A program made the position numbers and the translations under genes. The notes below the pieces were generated by a model. That model was not told the origin of the DNA. It saw nothing but the letters and a program-made list of their open reading frames with translations, and made no database searches. From Octopus bimaculoides (lineage: Eukaryota): a stretch of 64,000 bases of DNA. Positions 11,338-24,249 of this stretch are shown here, piece after piece; position 1 is the stretch's first letter; every line of letters begins with the position of its first letter. The stretch is from assembly GCF_001194135.2 (NCBI RefSeq), contig NC_068992.1, positions 52,055,551 through 52,119,550 of the forward strand, written 5' to 3'.

Positions 11338-12510
11338 AAAAGAACCAAGGTTCATGAATTCAGTGATGAAAATCCACTGCCACATATAGAAAAATTAATA
11401 ATTAAAAGCACAATAAATGAGTATAATATAATACAAAGTAAATATCATAAGATAAAAATAATAAAATGACTACACGTGTTTCATAACGAATTTTCAAGTA
11501 GAAAGGAAATTCAAATCGATTAAAATCGATTAAAACTGTCGAAAATCAATTCTATTCAAGATCTTCAGGTCAAAATACAACAACAATAATAATAAATAAA
11601 TGTATATATCAACCAGCAATAAGTACCAAATGAATTTATATAAAATACTTATTGTATAAAGATATACATATATATATAAAGGTAAGAGCTAGGGATCAAG
11701 GTGTAGGAAGAACGTTAGCTTCAAGCAACGCATAGTAAATATAAAAAAAACAACTTTCAGTCATAATAGTAGTTTATTGGAACAAAAGGTTGTGGTTTTT
11801 TTTTTGTATCAAACAATGATAAGCTGAATGAAAGTTCTTTTTATTTTCCACAGTAGACAAACAGAGTTGCCAGGTGTGCAAATAAGAACACAAGAGTTAC
11901 AGAATGGAGTAGGTATGATCCAGGCTACATATGTTCCATAGTGGGCAGAACCTCAGAAGTGGTAAAAATCCACATGAGGAATATACTGTCAGCTACTCTA
12001 CAGGCCAAGGATATCTTGATTAAACTAAAGGTTACATTGTTGCGAAGATGTACATGTTGCATCAATATATACAAAACTATTTCAGCAATATCTTTACATT
12101 TAAGGAGAAGGAAGATGTACAACAATAGATGTGTAGTTTTTCTTGTGTTGGATAATACTGTGGTTCAAGATGTAGGGTACTTGGTAGGTGTTAGACACCT
12201 TGTCCTTGTTTTAGGGTCTTCATATGCATGCTTCGATGGTGAGATGTAATGTTGGGATGGGATCTGCTATTGTTAGCACTGTTGGTGTTTACAATAGAGC
12301 CAGAAGCATTGTGGATTACCTCTGTATGTTTACATTTAGGATTCAGCTGATCTACATAATTCTTAAGCTTGATGTCAGATAAAATTCTATTTTGTCTGAG
12401 AATCTGCTAGGAAGTAAGGCAGGATTATTTTTTAAAATGTCTTCATTTGGAGACAGGTTAGCGATTCTGATGGAAATGCTGTTGACAAGGTTATTTAGCT
12501 TAAAAAATTC
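11335..12510 (-). mobile_element. Penelope-like element relic (degenerate GIY-YIG region plus terminal repeat)
   Basis: Broken minus-strand peptides such as ...HIYCCTS... followed by SFVYIDAT (a YIG-like motif) and a C-terminal CTPGNSVCLLWK. The terminal segment 11335-11460 recurs at about 45915-46050, and a hammerhead-like motif lies at 11464-11577. Confidence 0.6.
11464..11577 (-). ncRNA. Candidate type I minimal hammerhead ribozyme
   Basis: The minus strand reads TGAC-CTGAAGA-(about 80 nt)-GAAA-CACGTG-TA-GTCA. Both core boxes are present, with a palindromic stem III and a 4-bp stem I. Stem II pairing is poor. Confidence 0.55.
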
Positions 12511-12551
12511 GTTTTTTTCTGTTATCTATCTATCTACATCTATCTGTCTGG

Positions 12552-12611
<60 letters not shown>

Positions 12612-12619
12612 ATACATAC

Positions 12620-12659
<40 letters not shown>

Positions 12660-12754
12660 GGGAGAATATACAAATAATAACAACAGACGAGGACAGGTGG
12701 TGTAAATAACAAAAGGATATATTAATATATATATATATATGTATATATAAATAT

Positions 12755-13698
12755 NNNNNNNNNNNNNNNNNNNNNNNNNNNNNNNNNNNNNNNNNNNNNN
12801 NNNNNNNNNNNNNNNNNNNNNNNNNNNNNNNNNNNNNNNNNNNNNNNNNNNNNNNNNNNNNNNNNNNNNNNNNNNNNNNNNNNNNNNNNNNNNNNNNNNN
12901 NNNNNNNNNNNNNNNNNNNNNNNNNNNNNNNNNNNNNNNNNNNNNNNNNNNNNNNNNNNNNNNNNNNNNNNNNNNNNNNNNNNNNNNNNNNNNNNNNNNN
13001 NNNNNNNNNNNNNNNNNNNNNNNNNNNNNNNNNNNNNNNNNNNNNNNNNNNNNNNNNNNNNNNNNNNNNNNNNNNNNNNNNNNNNNNNNNNNNNNNNNNN
13101 NNNNNNNNNNNNNNNNNNNNNNNNNNNNNNNNNNNNNNNNNNNNNNNNNNNNNNNNNNNNNNNNNNNNNNNNNNNNNNNNNNNNNNNNNNNNNNNNNNNN
13201 NNNNNNNNNNNNNNNNNNNNNNNNNNNNNNNNNNNNNNNNNNNNNNNNNNNNNNNNNNNNNNNNNNNNNNNNNNNNNNNNNNNNNNNNNNNNNNNNNNNN
13301 NNNNNNNNNNNNNNNNNNNNNNNNNNNNNNNNNNNNNNNNNNNNNNNNNNNNNNNNNNNNNNNNNNNNNNNNNNNNNNNNNNNNNNNNNNNNNNNNNNNN
13401 NNNNNNNNNNNNNNNNNNNNNNNNNNNNNNNNNNNNNNNNNNNNNNNNNNNNNNNNNNNNNNNNNNNNNNNNNNNNNNNNNNNNNNNNNNNNNNNNNNNN
13501 NNNNNNNNNNNNNNNNNNNNNNNNNNNNNNNNNNNNNNNNNNNNNNNNNNNNNNNNNNNNNNNNNNNNNNNNNNNNNNNNNNNNNNNNNNNNNNNNNNNN
13601 NNNNNNNNNNNNNNNNNNNNNNNNNNNNNNNNNNNNNNNNNNNNNNNNNNNNNNNNNNNNNNNNNNNNNNNNNNNNNNNNNNNNNNNNNNNNNNNNNN
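12755..13698. other. Largest assembly gap (N-run), one of about 15
   Basis: Other gaps: 1298-1667, 5244-5767, 9348-9678, 19054-19261, 24429-24718, 35411-35802, 38218-38561, 41363-41467, 45822-45831, 46755-47037, 48235-48683, 50545-51220, 54923-54986, 60582-60633. Most abut microsatellites or repeats. Confidence 0.99.
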
Positions 13699-13756
<58 letters not shown>

Positions 13757-16700
13757 CATATATACTCACATGTGTGTGTGTGTGTATCTTCAATCCCTTA
13801 TCTATTAAATGGCTCTGGTTTATCTTAATTTTAATACAAGCTACTACAAGCATGCAAACAACCTTACATATGCATATACAGCATGGATCATCATGATTAT
13901 CTTCTATTATATTTTATACTATGAAGACTAATGAAATATAATACCAAAGCCAGTAGAGAAAGCATAAGTGAATACACAGGACTGCATGGTTGATGCTTAA
14001 CACACAATCTACGATTCTGGTAAAGCAATATTACATGGAAAATATGAATGCAGTCTGAGTTATGTAAAATATAATTCTCTAAAGTACTACTTTGAACTAT
14101 ATTCAGGAGAGATCAATTATGAAAATATAAAAGAATCAACTGACAGTTATAATTAGGGCTGAACAATTTGTAACAATACTGCAGTGTTTCTGTATTTAAA
14201 ACAATTACATAGTCTGCAAATTGGAAAATGAAGAGGCTTTTGCTTCATATTTTATGGACAGTTGGTAGAGGTGAAGGTGGTAAGAGTAATGGTAGTGGAA
14301 TTCCTCTTGCTAGTAATGTATGTGATTATGGTTGTGGTGAACGGTAATGGTTATACATGTATGTTTAGCAGTGATAGTGGAGCCAATGTTATAGAAAGGG
14401 GTGTTGTTGGTGTTTTGATAGTTACTGCAGAGAGAAGTTGGAAGTTATTATATATGCAGCTACGATAACAGCAGTGCATGCTGTTATTGCAGCTGCTGCT
14501 GTTGTGGTTTTATTTATTTATTTTTATTTTTTTAACAATAGGATGGCATGGTAATGATTGATGGTGGTGGTAGACGAAGTGGTAATAATTATGCAAGGAA
14601 ACGATTGTAATGTAATGAAGTTGATGATGCTGCATATTTGAATGGTCATGCTAATAGTTACAGTGATGTAACAGATATTTTCAGCTAATATATGATGTGG
14701 TATATAGCAGAATGCTTCAAGACATGCAGCAGATGAATACTTGGTGTGATTGGAAGAACAACAGTTGGCACAGTAATGTTGTATAGGATCAATGTAATCA
14801 TGTTGATTGCATTGACGATATACTGTTAGCAAGAGGGTTTCTAAATATGATTGCATATAGAGGATATCGCAGTTGGTATCATTGAGTGTGCAACTAAAAG
14901 TGTTGGCCTATTTAAGCTAAAGAAATGATTGAAAGGCTGCAAGTTGTGATTAAAGTTAATTGATGAGCAGAAACATTTCATTTGTAAATGTAAAACTGAG
15001 CCTGGACCAATTAAATAGTCAGTATTATATATGATAAGTTCTGCACAAGGTGATGAAGAACATCCCCTACAGGAGATGTTTCACAAAGAATGTCATTACA
15101 TTAAGAAGCAGATGCATCAGTCAACATAGAGGAAAAGAAGAAAAAGAGAAAAAAAACAGAAAACATGAAAAAGGAGAGCAATTATGCAAGTTTCTATTTC
15201 CATGTGGAAGAGGATTCCTACATTTCTTCGATTTATTTTAATATCTCGAAATGTTACTATTGACATGAAGGACAATTAGATCTGTTGGCAACAATATCAC
15301 ACACACAGACAAAATCATACACACACACACGCACACACACACAACACACACACACACACACACACACACACTACATGTGCATATCTTATGCATATTATAT
15401 ATATTCATATTAAATTTTGGCACAAGGCCGGAGAGTTTAGGGTAGAGGGTAAGTCAATTACATCAACCCTATTACTCAACTGGTACCTATTGACTTGCAA
15501 CCTTTCAGAATCGATAAAATGAGTACCAGTGGAGCATTGATCTCATGTAATTGCCTACCCCACCCCTGAAATTGCTGGCGTTGATCGAAAATTTGAAACC
15601 AGTATTAACTTACATGAAAAGCAGTATGTATGACATTTAGAAAATGGAAACATCTATTGTGTTGTCAGTGGAAGGTACCTTTATTAGAAGGCAAATGATA
15701 ATAACATGAAGAGCAGAGCTGAAGCTAAAATTTAGGATGCTGGTCATGAGATCACAGAAAGTAAAGATTGATATTTTTCTTTTTTATCTTTTAGTTCCGA
15801 AAGAAAGGAAAGTTCAATTATAAAATCTCCAAGACTGATGGTAAAGAGAGAGAGAAAGGTATAGTCAGATTGGAAAACTAATCTGGATACTTGCAACAGA
15901 ACTCACTCTACTGAAGGCACCTAATATGTGAAGTGATGGTGTTAAGTCTGCTATCCAAGGAATTCATGGTTGGATCTGAACTCAGAATGCAAAATGCTGG
16001 AACAAATATCCTCAAGGCATCTGGTCCAACATTCTTCCAATTCCACATATATCCACAACTTTGGATTGGTGCATTTTCATCAATCACCAAAGAGTAAAAT
16101 GCAAAGGTGACATTCATAATATCTGAACTCAGATTGCAAAATTATTTAATCCATGCCAATAGATTTAAAAACAAACATTAAAATGATGACATACTGTTAA
16201 TCTTATCAAAATAATGGAGTGCATTTGAAGAAACTCACAGGTTTCAAAAGAAAAATATTTCCTTGAGATGTGAGAGCAGGAAATAAATATTTCTTAGTGA
16301 GGGAAATTAAAGAAAATTTATGATCCCAATTTTCTTCTATATTAATATTTTATAAAAAGATCTTTGACAGCGTGTAGATATTAGTTACATCTATAGATCT
16401 ATCCCCTTATTTCCTTCTCTTGGATAAAAGCTCCCAACATATATCAAAATTACTCTCATTCGTTTTATCTTAACAATTTCCACTTTCACAACAGTTATTA
16501 CTATACTTGTACCCATAGTCTATAACTACATCACCATTCTTATTTTTTTGAAATATATTTAGGCATTAGAGAACTTAAAATGCTCACTGCTTGCATAGCT
16601 TCATAAAGAAAATATCCATTTCATGTCTCTCATGTATATTTCTCTTTGAAAAATCTTTAGAAGCTGAAGAAGTACCTAGCAGAGAGTCGCTAATTATTCT

Positions 16701-17043
16701 CATGAAATATGTTGTACTGCTTCACATCTGATACTTTCTTGTAACTGTTATGGTTCAAGAGAATCTTGAATCATGCACAATACAGTGATTATATATATAT
16801 ATATATATATATACAACCAATATTTATTTCTTACAATGACTGTTTTTATTTCATTGACATCAACATTCTTCAGAATGAAAACATAAATAAATGAAAGTAT
16901 TTCCTTTCATATAATAAGTCTCTGAAGATAAGGAATAGAATGCTTTTTTTTTTTTGTATATCACTTTAATTAATCATTGATATTATATCTGAGGAAAAAT
17001 CTAGTGTGATTAACAGTTACATACTGTCTAATGGTTAAAGTAA

Positions 17044-17080
<37 letters not shown>

Positions 17081-17149
17081 GTTGTCATCGTAGTTGTTGT
17101 TGTCATCGTGATCATTACCATCATCATCAAGGACGTCATCATCATCATC

Positions 17150-17400
17150 ATCATCATCGTTTAACGTCCGCTTTCCATGCTAGCATGGGTTGGACGATTT
17201 GACTGAGGACTGGTGAATCAGATGGCTGCACCAGGCTCCAATCTGATTTGGCAGAGTTTCTACAGCTGGATGCTCTTCTTAATGCCAACCACTCCGAGAG
17301 TGTAGTGGGTGCTTTTACGTGCCACCTGCACAGGAGCCAGTCCAGCGGCACTGGCAACGATCTCGCTCGAATGTCCTTACACGTGCCACCGGTACAAGTG
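17150..17400 (-). mobile_element. Family A repeat (RTE tail type)
   Basis: catcatcgtttaacgtccgctttccatgctagcatgggttggacgatttgactgaggactgg...gagtgtagtgggtgcttttacgtgcc. A shorter copy lies at 19270-19420. Confidence 0.85.
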
Positions 17401-17701
17401 CCAGGAAGGCGACACTGGGCATCATTTCAATGTTCACTTTTCCACTTTTCAATGCCCTTCCTTTTACTGACCATCACCTCCTATCAAGTCGCATGGTATT
17501 TCCTATGACCGGATATGTTTTCCACATAAGATGTGAAGTGACCAACATCTCTTGTGTGATGTTGTCACCCACTAACCACCATCATATAGTGTTAAAACAA
17601 GGAGACACATGCGCATACACATATACACATGTTCATACATACACACATACATATACATACATACATACATACATACACACATACATACACACACACATGT
17701 A

Positions 17702-17922
17702 TATGACGGGATGCTGAAAAGTTCCTGGCTTTATGGGTGTCAAGAAAGGCCTGGTTGGAGGCCCGAACTTCAAAGTTCTTTTACAGGAGTTGGAAAAACT
17801 GTAGGGCTGCTGCGATAAATCTGTGGCTCTGAGAGGGAAATATGTTGAATAAAATTATAATTACCTGATCTACTTGTATTTTCCTCTACCCAAAGCCAGG
17901 AACTTTTCAGCACTCCCTTGTA
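17702..17922 (+). mobile_element. Internally deleted mariner (MITE) with about 29-bp TIRs and TA flanks
   Basis: Left TIR tatgacgggatgctgaaaagttcctggcttt; right TIR aaagccaggaacttttcagcactcccttgta (reverse complement tacaagggagtgctgaaaagttcctggcttt). The interior keeps the mariner C-terminal signature ggaaatatgttgaataa (GxYVE*-like). Confidence 0.9.
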
Positions 17923-18329
17923 TATATTAATCAAATTATACAGGTACACAATATTGTAGATCCATTATCGGTTTAGCATTGGATGTTAGGTAACTGCATC
18001 GTTATCTAATACTCATGTTCTTCTAGGATGGCAGGTATGGACAAAATATGGAACCTGTGCTCTATTATGAAAGATGAGAAGATGTCAATCCAAGTTGTGA
18101 GAGCTGTGTGAAAAAATGAAAAGAAGTTGATGGAGACAATTAAACAAGATATATAATCAAGAGTTACATCCCTTGGCACTCAAACACTTCAGTTAGCTGA
18201 AATGCAACAAGAGATGCTTAATAAATATATGTGCAAGTGAAGTGTTTGTGAGGAGTAAGTATGTGTTTAGGCATTTATTTTGGAGGGGGGAATATTACAG
18301 GACAGAAAAGGGTAAAATGTAAAAAGTAA

Positions 18330-18775
18330 GGGCCAACAAAATCCCTACAAAATGTATTGATTAATGCAAGACTACATACACAAATGTTGAACTATAAAAT
18401 AAGTAAATATTACTGACCAAACTTGGGTATGGAGCTACCTATTGGAGGGTCATGGATTCCTCTTCGAAGAGAGACCTAACTTCAAAATTAAAATCAATTT
18501 TTCCTGCAACTCAGACTACCTAATTTACATTATAACATAGAGAGGTTGCCCAAAACACTACATTGGACAAACAGGTATGACACTCAGAAAAACAATAATG
18601 TACACAGCCAACAAATTTGGGGATCAAACTCTTGAGTGAACACAAAAATAATTATGGAGGACAAATCTTAGTTAACTATTCTGTCTTCCTCTTCTGCTGA
18701 CTCAATGATGGGACAGCAACAAAACTATGAAGAAATATGCATTAACAAATACAAACCAAAACACAATGCATTGTG
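18330..18775 (+). mobile_element. Penelope-like GIY-YIG endonuclease relic
   Basis: The frame from about 18449 reads GHGFLFEERPNFKIKINFSCNSDYLIYIIT*RGCPKHYIGQTGMTLRK, i.e. the LIY...CxxC...YIGQT pattern of Penelope GIY-YIG domains, with a stop and frameshifts. Confidence 0.85.
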
Positions 18776-19012
18776 CTTTAGTTAATTCAGAAAACTAACT
18801 ATGTATGCATTATGCTTCTCCATACTGTGAGATCAATACAAATTTTCACTAGACGATTGCAAAGGTGTAATGGATATCAAAAACTACTCCCATAGGAAGT
18901 AAACAGAAATGTAGCTGATAATGTGTTTATACTAATGTCCATTTTGAGAATTATTTTGTGAATATATGCATACAGACATACCCTCTCTACTATATGTATA
19001 GATGGAAACAGG

Positions 19013-19053
<41 letters not shown>

Positions 19054-20927
19054 NNNNNNNNNNNNNNNNNNNNNNNNNNNNNNNNNNNNNNNNNNNNNNN
19101 NNNNNNNNNNNNNNNNNNNNNNNNNNNNNNNNNNNNNNNNNNNNNNNNNNNNNNNNNNNNNNNNNNNNNNNNNNNNNNNNNNNNNNNNNNNNNNNNNNNN
19201 NNNNNNNNNNNNNNNNNNNNNNNNNNNNNNNNNNNNNNNNNNNNNNNNNNNNNNNNNNNNNATATACATATCATCATCATCATCATCGTCGTTTAACGTC
19301 CGCTTTCCATGCTAGCATGGGTTGGACGATTTGACTGAGGACTGGTAAAACCAGATGGCTACACCAGGCTCCAATCTGATTTGGCAGAGTTTCTACAGCT
19401 GGATACCCTTCCTAACGCCATGCACATATATATATATATACACACATATATATATACACATATATATATACAGCACACACATAATACACATATACACCAT
19501 AGATTCATGTATTACAAGCTTACATTATTCATAGTCTTTAATGAAAATGTATTATGCCTTTTACTATTGAAAGCAAAAAGGAATATTTCATTCTGAAAGA
19601 ATGTAGACTGTGTGAGTTCTTGCTTGCTTTCATAGATATGAACAATAAAAGAATTAGCTTCAAAATTGAAAACAGAAATGGTTTCGTCGGTACAAATTAG
19701 GATGATTTAGTAGATTACGTTAACAATTCTTAAAATCATTAACTTGAATAAATGTGTTAATATAACCTTAAATCTTTTAAACTGGAAATGTAAGTTAAAT
19801 TAATTTAATCGACGAAAGGAAAACAAGTTAAATTAATTGCTTTATCTATAATCACCGATTTTTCACCTTAGTACAATTGTGACAGATGGAACAGACAGCT
19901 CTTTGAAGCTTTATTAATGGTTTCTTTCATTAGTTGTCGCCATAATCACCACCATTACCATCATCATCATCATTGTTATCACCATTTCAGATACCCCTAT
20001 TCTCATGATTGCTTGGTTCAGACAAAAAATTTATTGAAACAGATTTTCTATGGCTGGATGCTTATCCTGTCACCAACCTTCACCAGTTTCTTAGCCTTTC
20101 GAATATAAATATCAGAAGCGTTGGGCATGTTTTCACAAAAGATTGTGAATCGATGTCACCATTTCTATGACATTGGTGTTTGTTTACAATTAGGATCCAA
20201 AAATGAAGTAAAGAGATACATACACACACAAACCACACACATGCATGCACACACATATACATGCACAACACAACACACACTTTCCAAACGTGGTTTCAGA
20301 ATTAGCCCCATTGTAAAGCACTTAAGACAAAGGTCATCTACTACAGCTCTAGGCTAACCCAAGCCTTGAGAGTGGATTTGCAAGAAGGAAACTGAAATCA
20401 TACATATATGTGTGTGTGTGCATGTGTATGTATATTCTCTTATTCTTTTACTTGTTTCAATCAATTCACTGTGACCATGCTGGAGCACCGCCTTTCAATC
20501 GACGAAATCGACCCCAGGACTTATTCTTTGTAAGACTGGTACTTATTCGATCGGATCACTCTTGCGAAATTGCTAAGTTACGGAAATGTAAACACATCAA
20601 CATTGGTTGTCAAATGATGGTGGCGAGGACAGACACAAATACAAAAACACACACAAAAACATATATATATAACTGTATAATAATGTATCATAATAATATA
20701 TATTCTCTGATCTGAAGTGATAATTTTTAAATACAAAAATTGGCTGAAAAATAATGAGCTAACCCCAGCCAGAATCAAACCCACAAATCAATGCTAAAAC
20801 GGCTCCTTGTGCATCCAGTTGGGCCAAATGCTCACTCATCAATTTCAGCCAATTTTAATGAATATCTACTTAAACTGTTTAATACTTCTACATATAATAT
20901 TTGGAAACAAACCAGAAAAGCTTTGTA

Positions 20928-20996
<69 letters not shown>

Positions 20997-21714
20997 GTAT
21001 GCATGTATATGTGGGACTTATGTGGAAAAGAAATGGAAATAGTAATTACATATTGGAAATCTAAATTGCATATAAAACTAATTAAGCAGATTTTTTGTTG
21101 CATTGAGATAACGTATAACAAAAATTATTGACTGTAGGTCCTCCAGCACTTTAACTAATCCATGTACAATAAAGGCAAGTATGAAAAAAAAAAATCATAA
21201 CATTATATGCAATAGACAAATGTGAAATAGAATTTAATATAATAAACAAAATAGAGATTAAGAAAAAGACTGAGTCAGCTACTTATGAATGGGAAATTAC
21301 TGCTTTATTAGCATTGTATCAATAGAGTATATCACTAGGATTGTTTTTAGTCAGTACCATGTGTTATGATTATTGTAAACAATTTGCTTATGTAAGAGGT
21401 TCACAGATAGGAAAAAATACACAAAACTTATTGATATGTTCTATAGCGCATTGTAGCAATGGAATGAAAGTCTGTTAACATAGAAGCATAAACATTCGAT
21501 CTAGAAGTATGTCAAAATTGGCAACTTTATTCACAGAATTAAATTTAATACTTAGTGTTTTCTTCCTTTTTGTGGGCAATTAAATAAGTACCAGTTATGC
21601 ACTGGGGTTGATATAATCGTCTTAATCCCTTTGTCTGTGCTTGTTTGTCCCCTCTGTGTTTAGCTCCCATGTGGGCAATAAAGAAATAAATATTTGGCTA
21701 GATAAAAGGCACCC

Positions 21715-21897
21715 ATGTATAAGTGCCCATGTGGGGACATGTAAAAGCACCCAGCACACTGTGTAAAGTGGTTGGCATTAGGAAGGGTATCGAGCCATAG
21801 AAACCATGCCAAATCAGATTGGAACTTGGTGCAGCTCTCCAGCTTACCAGTTTCAGTCAACTGTCTAACCCATGCCAGTGTGGAAAGCAGACACTAA

Positions 21898-21929
<32 letters not shown>

Positions 21930-21930
21930 A
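21715..21930 (+). mobile_element. Family A repeat with (GAT)n tail
   Basis: catgtaaaagcacccagcacactgtgtaaagtggttggcattaggaagggtatc...aacccatgccagtgtggaaagcagacactaaatgatgatgat. Another copy lies at 22680-22870. Confidence 0.85.
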
Positions 21931-22829
21931 AAGAAGATTTTAGCTAAATAAGTAAAGTGGCAATTAACATAACCCACTAGTGCCATTGACATTGTCAGCT
22001 GAAATCCTGCTGTAGATATTGCATTGTCATCATATATCGTAACCTACTTAACTGAAAAAAGACTATCGCTAGTGTTATGCCTTTGATGTTGACATTAGTT
22101 AATAGTCTAAGTGCTATGGAGTGAGAGAATCAGTAAAGCAATAGATAAATTGTTTGGCTGAGGGTGAGAAAAAAGGTGAAGGCTGGATGCAATAATTTCT
22201 TTTCATTCTCTATGTAGCAAAGTAGAGATACACCTGCATACAACACTGTTCTCATTTCTGCCACCAACATTTTACATTAGATATTGCAAAATTTACAATT
22301 TATTTCATTAACAATATCAATAGTGCAATACTTAGAGATATTCTTTTATGTTTCAAGTTCATTAATATCACTAAGGTTGGCTCTTTTACCTTTCCAAGAC
22401 CAATAAGACAGCAATCAAGGCTGCTGTTTTTTTTTCCAATTGATCAGTCAATCGCTCTGCTTCCATAAGACACAATCCTGACACATTTTAGAAAGCCTAT
22501 ATTAATCACTTTGCACACTTAGTTGACTATTTGATCATTCCTTTTTCCATTAGAATCAATACAAGAATAATTCTAGAAATCCTTATTTAATATTCCCTGC
22601 TCACTTAGCTAATAGATAATTCCCTCTTCCTAAAGAACTGATCCTTGTGACAATTTAAAAAAAGAATCATTATATATAGTTACACCCTCGGAGTGGTTGG
22701 CATTAGGAAGGGCATCCAGCTATAGAAACTCTGCCAAATCAGATTGGAGCCTGGTGTCGCCTCCTGATCCACCAGTCCTCAGTCAAATCATTCAATCCAT
22801 GCTAGCATGGAAAGTGGATGTTAAATGAC

Positions 22830-22871
<42 letters not shown>

Positions 22872-23075
22872 AGTTCCTTCTCATTTAGTCAACCAGTTGA
22901 TCTTTCCTTCTTCCTTAAGAATTGATCTTGTGACAATTTAATAAACCTTATTTAATCGTCCTTGTTCACTGAGTTGGATAATTTTCCATAAGAATTGGTC
23001 GTGTGACAATTTCAGGAATCATGATCTAACAGTATTTGTTAAAAAATAGTCAACCAATGTCATATATATATATAC

Positions 23076-23125
<50 letters not shown>

Positions 23126-24073
23126 TTGTGTGTGGGCGTGTGTATACACACACACATATGACTGGCTTCGTCATTAAAATTTCATTTCCATGACATTGGT
23201 TGACTCAAGCCTACAGTTTAATACACTTGATCAAGTTGCCAGATAATGAGATCGACCTGAAAATAACATGATACTCCCTCCTTCATTATAACCTTACACT
23301 TATTGTCAAACGTAACAGAGTTGAAGATGTTGACAATTGGATCAAGAATTAGATGAAATTCATCACCTGACACCTCGAATATTTGTCTGTCTTATGCTTG
23401 TATATTTCATACCACATCGTAAAAGTGAATTGAAATAACTGTAGAAAATAAAAATATAAAAGCCTTGTAAATATTACTCCGAGAATATAGTTTCATTTTA
23501 AGTGGTACTGTATTCAATTAGTTATTTTTTTTTTGTTGATATGTTGTCTTATTTTGTGTTGTCTGTTTGCAGTCAATCAAAATATATTCAATTTTGTGGA
23601 GATTATTAAAACAGTCAATTATTCAGAAACCAGAAATTCTCAAGAAAAGACACATTATCATGTTTTATTTTTTGATTTTTCAATTTAATTTTATTTTATA
23701 GTATTTTTATGAGAACAATGTCTTCGAAAATACTAAAACTGAGTTTGAATTAACATTTAAATGAAAATATCAACTATTCAGCTTCAAAAATTATCAATAA
23801 TGTATAATATTGTTATCAATAATGCATAATAATGCTTAAATCTGTTCAGTTTCCATATTGCTTAAGCTGATATAAATACCATTCTTGCTTTCACTAAAAT
23901 AAAACAAAAGAAATACAAGTATTATCTGAACAAAATATATCATAAATAGTTGTAAAAATTCTCGGTATATCTTAAAGTGAGATTATTTTAGGGATATTGT
24001 TTTTCCAAAATGAACAGAGATTTAAAAAAAAAATTAGAACAAGAACATATGAATTCCTCATCATCACCACCAC

Positions 24074-24130
<57 letters not shown>

Positions 24131-24249
24131 TGTCATTGTCGTCGTCATCATCATTATTATTGTTATATTGTCATTCTCATCATCGTCGTCGTCATCATCA
24201 TCATCATCATTGTCATATAGTCAAATATGTATATATATATATATATATA

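Noticed and set aside
14250-14900. Val/Ser/Thr-rich ORFs on both strands
   Set aside because: Decayed trinucleotide low-complexity sequence (GTN/GAT-rich), not a gene.
20730-20860. tRNA-like A/B boxes on the minus strand between 14-bp inverted repeats (aaaattggctgaaa)
   Set aside because: No convincing cloverleaf, so not a tRNA gene; the inverted repeats are too short to call a MITE.
23220-23460. Minus-strand protein-like frame DRQIFEVSGDEFHLILDPIVNIFNSVTFDNK with a strong upstream acceptor and a GTAAGG donor
   Set aside because: Two in-frame stops lie between the acceptor and this frame, so a consistent exon cannot be built.
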